64,000 bases of DNA from Pseudomonadota bacterium (GTDB lineage: Bacteria; Myxococcota; JACRCW01; JAFGSX01): assembly GCA_043821645.1 (NCBI GenBank), contig JBDRCO010000111.1, positions 32,001-96,000 on the forward strand. Reading direction: 5' to 3'. Shown piece after piece: positions 32,332-42,651 of the stretch; the first letter of the stretch is position 1; every line of letters begins with the position of its first letter. The translations under genes and the position numbers were made by a program. Under the pieces are notes generated by a model, which saw only the letters and a list, made by a program, of their open reading frames with translations, did not search any database and had not been told where the DNA came from.

Positions 32332-33828
32332 ATGAGCGCGGAGAGCATCGGCGTCGTCGTCACCTTTGCGATCTACCTAGTCCTGCTGATCGTGATCGGT
32401 CGCCTGGGTGAGCGCCGACACGCGGGCAGTTACGCCGACTTCGTCAGCGCGGACAAGTCCCTGGGCGGCCTGGTCACCGCCATCTCGGCCGCGGCCTCGT
32501 CCGAGAGCGTGTGGGTCATGCTGGGCCTGTCGGGTCTGGGCTACTGGAAGGGCGCGGCCGCCCTGTGGGCGTCCATTGGCTGCGTGGCTGGCTTCGCCTT
32601 CAATGCTCTGTTCGTGGTCGTGCAACTTCGACGTGACTCGGGCCGCCTGAACGCGCTCACGGTATCGGACTACCTCGAGCGCCGGTTCGGTGACCACAGC
32701 AGAATCCTGCGCCTGGTGTCGGCTCTCATCATCGTCTTCTTCATGCTGTCCTACGTGGTGGCCCAGTTCACCGGTGCTGGGGACTTGCTGCAGGGCATGC
32801 AGCTGCTGGGCCCCGACACACCCTACTGGCTGGGTGTCGTCGTGGGTGCGGCCATCGTGGCCCTGTACATCGTCATGGGTGGCTACGCCGCGGTGTGCTG
32901 GACGGACACCGTGCAAGGTCTGCTCATGTTCGTGGTCATGCTGACACTCCCCGTCGTCGCCGTGGTCGGAGCGGGTGGTCTCGGCAGCATGGCCAGTATC
33001 CTTGAACCTCTCGGGCTGTGGTCCATGAGCGGCAGCGAGACCACCATGTGGGCCTCGCTGGGCTTCGTGGTGGGACAGTTCGGTATCGCCCTGGGCTACC
33101 CTGGAATGCCGCACATGATCGTTCGCTACATCACCGTGCGCGACGAGAAGGAAGCCAGGCGTTCGGCCTGGATCTCACTGATCTGGGCTGCCGTGGTGCT
33201 CTTCGGATCGGCCATCCTGGGCATGGCCGTGCGCGCCATGGCACCCGAGCTCGTCGCCACCCAGAAGGAGGCCGAGCAACAGGTCATCCCCTTCGTGTGC
33301 CGGACCTACCTGCCTAGCATGCTCACGGGTGTGGTGCTCTCCGCCGTCACCGCGGCCATCATGTCCACCGCGGACAGCCAGCTCATGTACGCGGCCACCA
33401 GCCTGTTCACGGACTTCTGGATGCGCGGCAAGCCCCGGCCAGACCTCGACGCCCGGCGTCTGGTGTGGATGACCCGTGTGGCACTCGTCGTCATGACGAT
33501 CATCGCCATGCTCTTCGCCCTGGCCAAGATGCGCCTCATCTACACCTTCGTGCTGTTTGCCTGGGGGGCGCTGGGCGCGGCCTTCACTCCAGTGATCCTG
33601 CTCAGCCTGTACTGGAAAAAGCTCACCCGCTGGGGTGCCCTGGCCTCGATGGTCGTCGGGCCCCTCGTCATCGTGGCCTGGTACAACGTTCCGGTGCTTC
33701 ATGGTGCGGTGTATGAACTGATCCCCGCCTTCGTGTTGAGCCTGTTCAGCGCAGTGGTGGTCAGCCTGGTGACGTGGACAAGCGAGCAGGGCCGGGTGTC
33801 GCTCCCCCGGTCTTCGCACGGAGTCTAA
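32332..33828 (+). CDS. putP: Sodium:proline symporter (SSS family)
   Basis: About 13 TM segments. Motifs AISAAASSES.W, GGY.AVCWTD.VQG, LGYPGMPH and AAIMSTADSQL. Confidence 0.88.
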   Translation: MSAESIGVVVTFAIYLVLLIVIGRLGERRHAGSYADFVSADKSLGGLVTAISAAASSESVWVMLGLSGLGYWKGAAALWASIGCVAGFAFNALFVVVQLRRDSGRLNALTVSDYLERRFGDHSRILRLVSALIIVFFMLSYVVAQFTGAGDLLQGMQLLGPDTPYWLGVVVGAAIVALYIVMGGYAAVCWTDTVQGLLMFVVMLTLPVVAVVGAGGLGSMASILEPLGLWSMSGSETTMWASLGFVVGQFGIALGYPGMPHMIVRYITVRDEKEARRSAWISLIWAAVVLFGSAILGMAVRAMAPELVATQKEAEQQVIPFVCRTYLPSMLTGVVLSAVTAAIMSTADSQLMYAATSLFTDFWMRGKPRPDLDARRLVWMTRVALVVMTIIAMLFALAKMRLIYTFVLFAWGALGAAFTPVILLSLYWKKLTRWGALASMVVGPLVIVAWYNVPVLHGAVYELIPAFVLSLFSAVVVSLVTWTSEQGRVSLPRSSHGV

Positions 33829-34108
33829 GATCCTTCTCAGAAGTTGCACCGAGGCGATGCGCCACTGCGTGCGCCGCGGTGTGTCGTCGAACGGAGCGTC
33901 CAGCGTCGGTGCCGTCGTCCCATCGCAGGCGAGGCCACGCCGAATTCCTTCGGGGCGGTGTGCCCTTGAAGCCCGCGCAAAAAAACCGGATGCCCGTCGG
34001 CAGATCAACGCTGGGTGTGGCAGGAGCAGGGCACGCTTCAGCTTGACGGTGTTCGCCGCGTCAACGAGCCTAGTCGAGGGCCGGTGCGTCTGCACCCGGA
34101 GGTCTCGC

Positions 34109-34657
34109 ATGCCCGTCCGAATCGTCGAGGATCTGATGCTGCCACTGGATCGCTACCCGCGCGTCTCCGCCGACGCAGTGCTCAGCGATGCCCTCGCGGC
34201 GTTGCGCCAGGCGCGACAGCAGGGACCGCTCGGGAGCGAACCGGCCCGCGCCGTGCTGGTGGTCGAGACAGATGGCGCGGTGAGCGGCAAGATCAGCTTG
34301 TGGGCCATCCTGCGAGCCCTCGACCCACGCCTGAGGACACGCAGCAAGGTGTCTCCCCTGGTGCGCACGGACATGGCTGCCGAGTTGCTTGCGGCGGGTG
34401 AGCCTGGCAGTGGTGTGGCGGACGGCGACTTCCAGGAGTGCTGCAGAGCTGCGGCGGCGGTTGCCGTGCGTGACGTCATGCTGAGCACGCGCGAGAGCGT
34501 CGAGGCCACGGCACCCATTGGCCAGGCCGTCGAGAAGATGGTGTTGCATCGCGCCCAGTCTTTGCTGGTGACCCGCGGCCCGCGCGTGGTCGGCATCATC
34601 CGCCTGAGCGACGTGGCAGAGCAGGTCATGGACGAGGTCCTGGCTCACGAGGCCTGA
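34109..34657 (+). CDS. CBS-domain pair protein
   Basis: GGAGG RBS before ATG 34109. Motifs VEDLMLPLDRYPRV, VLVV..G.VSG.I, VRDVM and VVGIIRLSDV. Confidence 0.85.
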   Translation: MPVRIVEDLMLPLDRYPRVSADAVLSDALAALRQARQQGPLGSEPARAVLVVETDGAVSGKISLWAILRALDPRLRTRSKVSPLVRTDMAAELLAAGEPGSGVADGDFQECCRAAAAVAVRDVMLSTRESVEATAPIGQAVEKMVLHRAQSLLVTRGPRVVGIIRLSDVAEQVMDEVLAHEA

Positions 34658-34792
34658 GCGCGACCAGCCGGAGGCGTTACGACGCCCGCAATAGAGGGGA
34701 GCCGCCTCGCCACCTCCGGGTACTGTGCTGGTGCCTGGCGTGATCGCTCCTGCCGCCGCCGGCGCGTCTGGTCGCTTTGCCCAGGCCCCAAG

Positions 34793-35053
34793 ATGGATGC
34801 CCTCAACGTCGAGGACTTCGATTCCTTCGGCGAGCTTGAGCGCACGGTGCGCGCATGCCAGGCCGAAGGCAGCCTGGATGCGGGTCGTGATCCGGGCGCC
34901 ATGAGCATGGCCATCTGGGCCGAGGTCCACGGCCTGGCCCTTCTGCGCAACGAGGACATGATCGCGGGCATGGCCTAGCAGCGGGGCAAGAACGAGGCCG
35001 GGACCCTCGAGGCCATCTTCGACATCATCAAGGGGCACCATCTGGGTTCATGA
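34793..35053 (+). pseudogene. C-terminal (WHG-like) fragment of a TetR-family regulator with an internal stop
   Basis: Motif CQAEG....DP..MSMAIWAEVHGLALL. An in-frame TAG at 34976-34978 is followed by further coding-like sequence to TGA 35053. No HTH upstream. Confidence 0.6.
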
Positions 35054-35495
35054 CCGCAGTCGATGCGCTCGAGTCTGGCCGTGGATTGCCCGAAAGCTGC
35101 GCAGACGACGATAGACGACCCGTGGAGACCGATTCACGGTGCTCGCATGGATATCCCTGCCCATGGCGGACCTGGCACGGTGACCCGATAGGGCCGCGCA
35201 CGCGGTCGACAGCACGGAACCTCTCGCCAACAACCGGGGCGGTCGCAGCCTTGGTGTTGCTGCAGGGCTGCACCCTGTTTTCGATGACCGTGAGCCCGCG
35301 GCGAGAGAAGTCTCAAGTGGGGGTGCAGATCCCCGACCAGGTTCGCATCAACTCCACCGTAGCGGTCAGTGGATGCGGACATCGAGGTCAGGCCGCTTCA
35401 GCACTCGAAGAAGCAGCGGGGCAGGGCAGATGGCGCATGACGCGGTCAGATCGAAACCTGGCTATAGCCTGCAGCCCTTTAGCGTGAACCGGCGC

Positions 35496-35720
35496 ATGGC
35501 CGCGGCCACCGTGGCCGTGACCGTGGGCAGCCTGTTCGAGCAGCCCGTGCTCCGCGACGGCCAGCTCGAGAACCGCGAGCATCTGTGTCTGACCCTGAGT
35601 TTCGATCACGACGTCGTCGACGGGGCACCCGCCGCGCGCTTCATGAAACGCTTTTGCGAGTTGCTGGCGAGCGGGGAGCTGGTACCTGTGGCAGCCGGCG
35701 CCGGGGTGCGGCCAGCCTGA
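35496..35720 (+). pseudogene. C-terminal fragment of a 2-oxo-acid dehydrogenase E2-like acyltransferase
   Basis: VTVGSLFEQPVLRDGQLENREHLCLTLSFDHDVVDGAPAARF contains the DHxxxDG motif. The rest of the domain is missing. Confidence 0.8.
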
Positions 35721-36003
35721 GCAGCCAGGCGATGCGCGCGTGCCCGGACGCGCTGTGCCAGCATGGATCCGTCAGCGCGACAGCACCGCGTCGACGACGA
35801 GGGGGAGGGCCGTCTCACGGGAGCCAGCGTCCGAGGGGACTGCGTCGGGAATCCCGCATCAGGTGTGACGCGAGCACACCAGGAGTCGCCACAGTCGGGA
35901 TCCCATGTTGACGACCGCCATGCGCGTACTATCTTGTCCGGGATGCCTTTGCAGGCTCGTCCGCGGGTGCTCCGAGCGCCAGATCCTGTTACCGGGAGCC
36001 CCT

Positions 36004-36333
36004 TTGATTCGCCGTCGCCTCGTCAGGACCCTGCTCTTCGTGCTGCTCGCCGGCACAGCCATGACTGCCGCGGGTGAGCTCTTGCAGGTGCATGATGGTG
36101 ATCAGGTCGCTCATGCGGACGGCGCACCCTGTCCAGACCCCGGTCACGACGGCGAGCCCTGTGGCCCTGGCTGTGCCTGCACCTGCTGCCCCGGACACGC
36201 CACCGGAGTCGCTTTGCCCGTACCAGCGGTCTTTCTCGATCGACCCTTCGCCTCCGAACAACTGCATCATGGTAGCGACGGTCTGAATCCTCGAGAAGTC
36301 TCCAAACGTATTTTTCACCCGCCCCGCGCCTGA
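36004..36333 (+). CDS. Small exported Cys/His-rich leader protein upstream of the metal efflux operon (CzcI/DUF2946-like)
   Basis: GGAG at 35995-35998, then TTG 36004. Signal-like N-terminus, CGPGCACTCCPGH and a C-terminal IFHPPRA. Confidence 0.7.
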   Translation: MIRRRLVRTLLFVLLAGTAMTAAGELLQVHDGDQVAHADGAPCPDPGHDGEPCGPGCACTCCPGHATGVALPVPAVFLDRPFASEQLHHGSDGLNPREVSKRIFHPPRA

Positions 36334-36438
36334 GCCAGCCCCAGGAACATCACACCGGTGCGCAGCATGAAGCCTGTGCCCGGCACTGACGTGACCAGAC
36401 GTCCTGTGCGGACGTGGTGGCAAGGCAGGTGAACGAGC

Positions 36439-37740
36439 ATGCGACGCGATCCTGTGCGCGCCCCTCTTCGAGAGAGGGCTCCGCTAGTGTGCCTGGTGCT
36501 CATCGCGGCAAGCCCTGCGAAGGCCGATTCAGAGCACTCGCAACCTCTCCCATTGGCACCAGCATCCTCGGCCAGCCAGCGTGTCGAGGTGAGCTGGACG
36601 GACATCGACCATCTGCTCGATGCGCATCCAGGACTTGCTGTCGGCGCGCTCCAGATCGAGGCAGCTCGCAGGGGTGTCGACGTCGCGGGCGCAGTGCCGA
36701 ACCCGACCCTCGAGGGCAACCTCGGCCAGGGCTTCGCCCGGACCGGTGGCGGGTCGGGTGTGGAATGGGGACTGGCGCTCAACGTTCCGCTCGACTGGAT
36801 CGCGCGACGAGGCTCGCGCATTTCTGCAGCCGAGGCTGCCGTGGAGGTGGCGGTGGCCGAGAGGCAGGCGCTGCGGCGCGACGTCGAGCTCCAGCTCAAG
36901 ACCCTGTACTGGAGCCTCGTCCACGAGCAGGCGCTGGTCGAGTCCCTCGGGGAACTCGAGGCTCAAAGCGCGGCCCTGGTGCATACCGTCGGCATGCGGG
37001 TCGACACAGGCGAGGTCCGTCCGGTCGAGGTCACGCGGGTCGAGATCGAGTTTCACAAGATCAGCGGCGAGAGCGAGGCTGCATACACCTTGCTCGCGGC
37101 ACGGCAGGCCCAGCTCGCGCTCTGGCTCGGCGTGCGCAGGGGCACGACCATCGTGGCCATCGCCGACCTGACGGCGTTGCCCGTCGTCATCGACCTCGAC
37201 ACTGCCCTCGACCGGCTCCGCGCGACGCACCCTGACCTGCTGACCGCGCGGGCCAGACTGCGAGCCCTGCAGGCCGAGGTCGAGACGGAGAAGATGGCAC
37301 GGGTGCCGGCGATCTCTCTCATCGGACACGCCGACGACGAGCTGGACCGGCGAGCCTACGGGGTTGGCCTCGCGGTCGATCTGCCGCTGTTCAACTGGAA
37401 TGTGGGAAGCATCGGGCAGGCCGAGGCCATGGCCGCTGCGGGGCGCCAGCGTGTCGAGCAGGTGGAGAGGGACCTCGAGGACGCCGTCATCGAGGGACAC
37501 GCCGCGTGCCTGGCCTCCATCCAGACTGCCACGCGCCTTGGCACACAGGTGGTCCCGCGCGCCGAGGATGCCGCGACGACCATGGAGAAGACATACATGC
37601 TCGGAGAGCTGAATCTGATCGAGCTAATCGACGCTCGTCGCACCCTGAACGAGGCGCGTCGACTTCACCTGGACGCGCTTGCGCAGGCTCACATCGACTG
37701 CAGTCGTCTCGATGCACTGGTTCCGGAGGAACCCCGATGA
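36439..37740 (+). CDS. CzcC-like outer-membrane efflux protein (TolC family)
   Basis: Motifs HP.L, AGAVPNPTL, VDLPLFNWNVG and YMLGELNLIELIDARR. ATGA overlap with the next gene. Confidence 0.9.
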   Translation: MRRDPVRAPLRERAPLVCLVLIAASPAKADSEHSQPLPLAPASSASQRVEVSWTDIDHLLDAHPGLAVGALQIEAARRGVDVAGAVPNPTLEGNLGQGFARTGGGSGVEWGLALNVPLDWIARRGSRISAAEAAVEVAVAERQALRRDVELQLKTLYWSLVHEQALVESLGELEAQSAALVHTVGMRVDTGEVRPVEVTRVEIEFHKISGESEAAYTLLAARQAQLALWLGVRRGTTIVAIADLTALPVVIDLDTALDRLRATHPDLLTARARLRALQAEVETEKMARVPAISLIGHADDELDRRAYGVGLAVDLPLFNWNVGSIGQAEAMAAAGRQRVEQVERDLEDAVIEGHAACLASIQTATRLGTQVVPRAEDAATTMEKTYMLGELNLIELIDARRTLNEARRLHLDALAQAHIDCSRLDALVPEEPR

Positions 37741-39053
37741 ACATCCTTCATGCCGCCTTGGTGCTTGTCCTGACCCTCGCGATCGGAGGCCAGTCCTGCG
37801 ACCGAGGACAGCCCGTCGTCCCGCGACCCACGGCCGGGGAGGAATCCGCAGAGCACTCGGGGCACGGCTCGGACAGCCACGATGGCCACGGCGATGGCCA
37901 CCTGGCCGAGGAGGTTTCTGACCTCGACCGACCTGTGAAGGAGCTGTTCAGCCTGTCGTGCGAACACAGCAAAAAGACCTTCGAGTGCGACGAGTGTCGC
38001 TACGAGGTCGGCGTTGTCAGGGCACCCGTGTTCCTCACCGAGGGTGGGTTGATTCAGACGGTCACGGCCAAGCACCACAAGATCTCGGTACCGATCACCC
38101 TCACCGGTGAGGTCCGCTTCGACGAGAGGCGAGTCGGTCACGTGAGCGCGCAGGTCGAGGGAGTCATCAAGAAGGTCCACGTCGCGCTCGGCGATCCCGT
38201 GCGAGCGGGGCAGGCCCTGCTGGAGATCGAGAGCGTCGCCATCGGTGACGCCCAGGCGGCGTCTCTCGAAACCCAGGCCATGCTCGATCTCGCGCGGAGA
38301 AACTTCGACCGCGTGTCCGGGCTTCGCCGGGAGAACATCGCGTCGGAGAAGGAATTTCTTCAGGCCAAGCTCGAACTCGAGGCGGCGGAGATCCGCAGCC
38401 AGGGCGCGCTTGGCAAGCTGGCGCGTCTTGGCAGCGACGGCGTGCGCGGGCGGCTCGTTCTTCGCGCTCCCATGGATGGCACGGTGCTGGTCATGCATGC
38501 CGTGTCCGGCGAGGTCGCCAAGACCGAGGAATCCCTGGTCACCGTTGGTGACAACACCACCGTCTGGGTCTGGGCCGACCTGTACGAACGAGATATCGCG
38601 GCCGTGAACAGCGGGCAGACCGTCCAGAAGATCGAGACGGTGGTCCAGGTCAAGGCCTACCCGGAGGTGGAGTTCCCCGGTGTTGTCAGCCTCGTGAGCC
38701 CGGCCATGGACGAGTCCTCGCGCACGGTCAAGGTGCGGGTCGAGGTCCTCAACGCTGACCGCCGTCTCCTCGCAGGGATGTTCGCCAGTGTGAAGCTCTT
38801 CTTGCCCGGTGCTGAAGAGGCGCTCGCGATCCCCAGGAGCGCGGTGCTTGAGGACGAGGGCCGGTCCTTTGTCTTTGTCCATGACCATGACGACTACTAC
38901 ATCCGGAGGCCTGTGGCGGTGGGTCGAACCTGGGCAGGACTGGTCGAGATCACGAAGGGGCTCGAGCCGACGCAGATTGTGGTGGCCGAGGGCGCCTTCC
39001 TCATGAAGTCCGACGTGCTGCGCTCGAAGATGGGCGCTGGCTGCGCAGACTGA
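37737..39053 (+). CDS. CzcB-like membrane fusion protein with a His-rich and Cys-containing N-terminus
   Basis: ATG 37737. Lipobox-like GGQSC, HSGHGSDSHDGHGDGH, CEH...CDEC, LRAPMDG, VWVWADLYERDI and SRTVKVRV. Confidence 0.92.
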   Translation: MNILHAALVLVLTLAIGGQSCDRGQPVVPRPTAGEESAEHSGHGSDSHDGHGDGHLAEEVSDLDRPVKELFSLSCEHSKKTFECDECRYEVGVVRAPVFLTEGGLIQTVTAKHHKISVPITLTGEVRFDERRVGHVSAQVEGVIKKVHVALGDPVRAGQALLEIESVAIGDAQAASLETQAMLDLARRNFDRVSGLRRENIASEKEFLQAKLELEAAEIRSQGALGKLARLGSDGVRGRLVLRAPMDGTVLVMHAVSGEVAKTEESLVTVGDNTTVWVWADLYERDIAAVNSGQTVQKIETVVQVKAYPEVEFPGVVSLVSPAMDESSRTVKVRVEVLNADRRLLAGMFASVKLFLPGAEEALAIPRSAVLEDEGRSFVFVHDHDDYYIRRPVAVGRTWAGLVEITKGLEPTQIVVAEGAFLMKSDVLRSKMGAGCAD

Positions 39054-39064
39054 GGAGAGAAGGC

Positions 39065-42000
39065 ATGACGCTCGCAAGCTTTCTGCTCAGGAACCGACTG
39101 CTCGTGCTCCTCGGTACCGCGGTCCTCATCTTCGCCGGGGTCCTGGCCTGGATACGCCTGCCCATCGACGCTTTTCCCGACGTCACCAACACCCAGGTGA
39201 TGATCCTGAGCACGTCCCCAGGTCTGGCCGCGGTCGACGTCGAACAGCGCGTGAGCTACCCCATCGAGCAGGTGATGCGCGGCTTGCCTCGGGTCCAGCA
39301 GGTGCGCTCGCTGTCCAAGGCGGGACTGTCGCAGGTGGTGATCATCTTCGAAGACGGCGTCGACACCTACTGGACACGACAGGTCGTCTTCGAACGCCTG
39401 AGCATGGCCCGAGAGCACCTGCCACCCGGGGTTGAGCCGGAGCTGGGTCCCATCTCCACCGGTCTCGGCGAGATCCTGCAGTACACCCTCGAGGGTGAAG
39501 GTCTGAGCGCCATGGAGCTGCGCACCGTGCAGGACTGGATCGTTGCACCGCTGCTCAAACCCATACCGGGTGTCAACGAGGTCAACAGCTTTGGTGGCGA
39601 GGTCAAGCAGTACCAGGTCCTCGTCTCCCCCGAGAAGCTCCTCAAGTACGGGCTGACCGTGAACGACGTGGTCGAGGCCGTCGAGCAGGGAAACGCCAAC
39701 GCTGGCGGTGGCGTGATCGTTCGAGGCTGGGAGCAGCTGTACATGCGGGGTGTCGGGCTGCTCCGGGACACCGCCGATATCGAGCATATCGTGCTCAAGG
39801 CCAGTGCCGGTGCGCCGGTCTACATCCGGGACGTCGCGGACGTCGTCATCGGCGCCGAACCCCGGCAGGGCGCAGTCTCGCGGGACGGTAAGGGCGAGGT
39901 CGTGGCCGGCATGATCATCATGCTCAAGGGCGAGAATTCCGATGACGTCGTCAGCCGGGTCAAGGCCTCGATCGGCGCGATCGAGGGCACGCTCCCCCCG
40001 GGGGTGCAGCTCAGCGTGTTCTACGACCGCACCTCGCTCATCGAGGCCTGCATCAAGACCGTTGTCGACGCGCTGCTCGAAGGTGGCATCTTCGTCATCC
40101 TCGTGCTCGTCCTGTTCCTTGCGGAGCTGCGCACCGCGCTCATCGTGGTTTTCTCGCTGCCCTTCACCTTCCTGGTGAGCTTCATATTCATGGACCTTGC
40201 CGGGATCTCCTCCAACCTGATGAGCCTGGGAGGCCTCGCCTTCTCGGTTGGCATGGTGGTGGACGCCTCCATCGTGGTGGTCGAGAACGTCCGCCGCCAC
40301 CTCGCGCTTCAGACCGGGCGGGAACACAAGCGTCGTGTCGTGACCGAGGCGCTGGTCGAGGTCGCGCGACCGGTCACCTTCTCGGTGCTCGTCATCGCCA
40401 TCATCCTGGTGCCGCTGTTCACGCTGCAGGGGATCGAGGGCAAGATGTTTGCCCCGCTGGCCGCAACCATGCTGATCGCTCTTTTGGTCTCGCTCGTGGT
40501 GGCCCTCACGGTGATCCCGGTGTTGTCGGAATCCGTTCTGAAACAGGTTACCGAGAGAGAGTTCGGGATCATTCGACGCTTCCACGGGGCCTACATGACG
40601 CTGCTCCGCCGCGCCATCCAGCGTCCTGTCGTGACACTTGGGCTGTCGGGCGTCGTGCTCGTGGCCTCGCTCGCGCTGCTGCCCTTCATGGGGACCTCAT
40701 TCATGCCGGATCTCGACGAGGGTTCGATCGCAGTCAACGTGGTGCGCTTGCCCAACGCCTCGCTCGAGGGCTCCGTCAAAGTCGCCACCTTCATGGAACA
40801 ACGTCTGCGCCGCTTTCCCGAGGTGGAGACCGTGGTGAGCAAGACGGGGCGTGCCGAGATCTCCGAGGACCCCATGGGCCCCGAGCAGACGGACCTCTTC
40901 ATCATGCTCAGGCCGCGCGCGCAGTGGACTACCGGCTGGGACAAGGACGCGCTGGTGGAGGCGATCCAGCAGGACCTGTCCCGGATCCCGGGGCTGCGAT
41001 TCTCGTTTTCACAGCCCATCGCGTTGCGGGTCAACGAACTCATCTCGGGCGTCAAGAGCGACCTCGCGGTCAAGGTCTTCGGGCCCGACCTCGAGGTGCT
41101 CAAGAGCTTTGCGGACCGCGCCGGAAGCGTGCTGCAAGGCATCGAGGGCGCGCGTGACATCAAGGTCGAGCAGGTATCCGGCATGGCGCAGCTCGACGTG
41201 GTCATCGACCGCAAGGCCGTGGCCAGGCATGGCATCCAGATCGCCGCCGTCAACGCCGTCATCGAGACCGCCGTTGCCGGCAAGAAAGCGACGATCCTGA
41301 TCGAAGAGCAGCGCCGCTTTGCGGTGGTCGTCCGATTTCCGGAATCAGCCCGCGCGGACATCCCGGAGCTCGAGCGCTTGCTGGTCACGGCCCCCGGTGG
41401 CGAGCGTGTGCCGCTGGCCCAGATCGCAGAGTTTCGCCTGGTCGAGGCGCCGGCCCAGGTGAGCCGCGAGAACGGCATGCGGCGCGTGGTGGCCGAGGCC
41501 AACATTCGTGGCCGGGATCTGGGGGGCTTCGTCTCCGACCTTCAGCGTCGGCTGGCACACCTGGTGAAAGAACTCCCGGCCGGCTACTACGTCGAGTACG
41601 GCGGGCAGTTCGAGAACCAGCAGCGCGCCATGCGCCAGCTCGCCATCGTTGTCCCGGTGGCTCTCCTGCTCATCCTTTTTCTGCTCTTCCTGGCCCTCGG
41701 GTCCTTCCGGGACGCACTACTGGTGCTGCTCAACCTGCCCTTTGCACTGGTCGGAGGGGTGATCGCGGTCATCGCCTTCGGTCTCCCGGTTTCGGTGTCT
41801 GCGGCCGTGGCCTTCATCGTGTTGCTTGGCATCGCGGTGCAGAACGGCGTGGTGCTGGTGGCCTTCTTCGGTCAGCTCCGGGCGCGGGGCGAAAGCGTGC
41901 TCGACACGGTGACCAAGGGATGCGAACTCCGGTTCCGGCCCCTGTTCATGACCGCTTCGGTCAGCTTCATTGGCCACCTGCCCATGCTCTACGCAACAGG

Positions 42001-42157
42001 GTCAGGCGCGGACATCCAGAAGCCACTGGCGGTGGTTGTGATGGGCGGGCTCATCACCTCGACCCTGCTCACGCTCATCGTGCTGCCGACGATCTACGTC
42101 CTGATCCAGCGCGCGCCTGGCCCAGGCCCGACGGGGCGAGGCCGCGTGGCCGCCTGA
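39065..42157 (+). CDS. CzcA/CusA family heavy-metal efflux RND permease
   Basis: Motifs LPIDAFPDVTNTQV, LGPISTGLGEI, VVDASIVVVEN, FSQPIALRVNELISG and GADIQKPLAVVVMGG. Confidence 0.95.
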   Translation: MTLASFLLRNRLLVLLGTAVLIFAGVLAWIRLPIDAFPDVTNTQVMILSTSPGLAAVDVEQRVSYPIEQVMRGLPRVQQVRSLSKAGLSQVVIIFEDGVDTYWTRQVVFERLSMAREHLPPGVEPELGPISTGLGEILQYTLEGEGLSAMELRTVQDWIVAPLLKPIPGVNEVNSFGGEVKQYQVLVSPEKLLKYGLTVNDVVEAVEQGNANAGGGVIVRGWEQLYMRGVGLLRDTADIEHIVLKASAGAPVYIRDVADVVIGAEPRQGAVSRDGKGEVVAGMIIMLKGENSDDVVSRVKASIGAIEGTLPPGVQLSVFYDRTSLIEACIKTVVDALLEGGIFVILVLVLFLAELRTALIVVFSLPFTFLVSFIFMDLAGISSNLMSLGGLAFSVGMVVDASIVVVENVRRHLALQTGREHKRRVVTEALVEVARPVTFSVLVIAIILVPLFTLQGIEGKMFAPLAATMLIALLVSLVVALTVIPVLSESVLKQVTEREFGIIRRFHGAYMTLLRRAIQRPVVTLGLSGVVLVASLALLPFMGTSFMPDLDEGSIAVNVVRLPNASLEGSVKVATFMEQRLRRFPEVETVVSKTGRAEISEDPMGPEQTDLFIMLRPRAQWTTGWDKDALVEAIQQDLSRIPGLRFSFSQPIALRVNELISGVKSDLAVKVFGPDLEVLKSFADRAGSVLQGIEGARDIKVEQVSGMAQLDVVIDRKAVARHGIQIAAVNAVIETAVAGKKATILIEEQRRFAVVVRFPESARADIPELERLLVTAPGGERVPLAQIAEFRLVEAPAQVSRENGMRRVVAEANIRGRDLGGFVSDLQRRLAHLVKELPAGYYVEYGGQFENQQRAMRQLAIVVPVALLLILFLLFLALGSFRDALLVLLNLPFALVGGVIAVIAFGLPVSVSAAVAFIVLLGIAVQNGVVLVAFFGQLRARGESVLDTVTKGCELRFRPLFMTASVSFIGHLPMLYATGSGADIQKPLAVVVMGGLITSTLLTLIVLPTIYVLIQRAPGPGPTGRGRVAA

Positions 42158-42190
42158 GTCGCCCCCGTGGGCGCGGATGCCCAGGGCGAT
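42158..42190. terminator. GC-rich hairpin between the convergent RND permease and ferredoxin genes
   Basis: TCGCCC...TGGGC-gcggat-GCCCA-GGGCGA inverted repeat just after the stop. There is no U-tract. Confidence 0.35.
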
Positions 42191-42272
42191 GCGCACACAC
42201 ACACCCGCCCGCGCCCGGTGCCTCTCCCCGCGCGGACTGGGATGATTGGCTCACAATCGAAGGGGTGCGAAC

Positions 42273-42515
<243 letters not shown>

Positions 42516-42651
42516 TCATCCGGCCATTGCGTCAAGAGCAAATGGTCATGTTTTCGTCGGTTCAAGCTGGGATAGCCCGCTCGGTAAGGTTTAGCCACGC
42601 CGTGGGAGTCTTGGAGCGTCCTGGCGCGCCTCGAAGAGGTATACTGAGACC

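Noticed and set aside
34043-34064. TTGACG-N10-CGTCAA palindrome upstream of the CBS gene
   Set aside because: It has only 6-bp arms, occurs once, and cannot be assigned to a regulator.
34976-34978. In-frame TAG as possible pyrrolysine or readthrough
   Set aside because: It lies within a truncated TetR remnant. A nonsense mutation is simpler, and other genes here use TAG as a stop.
42194-42204. (CA)5 microsatellite
   Set aside because: It is too short and lies between convergent gene ends.
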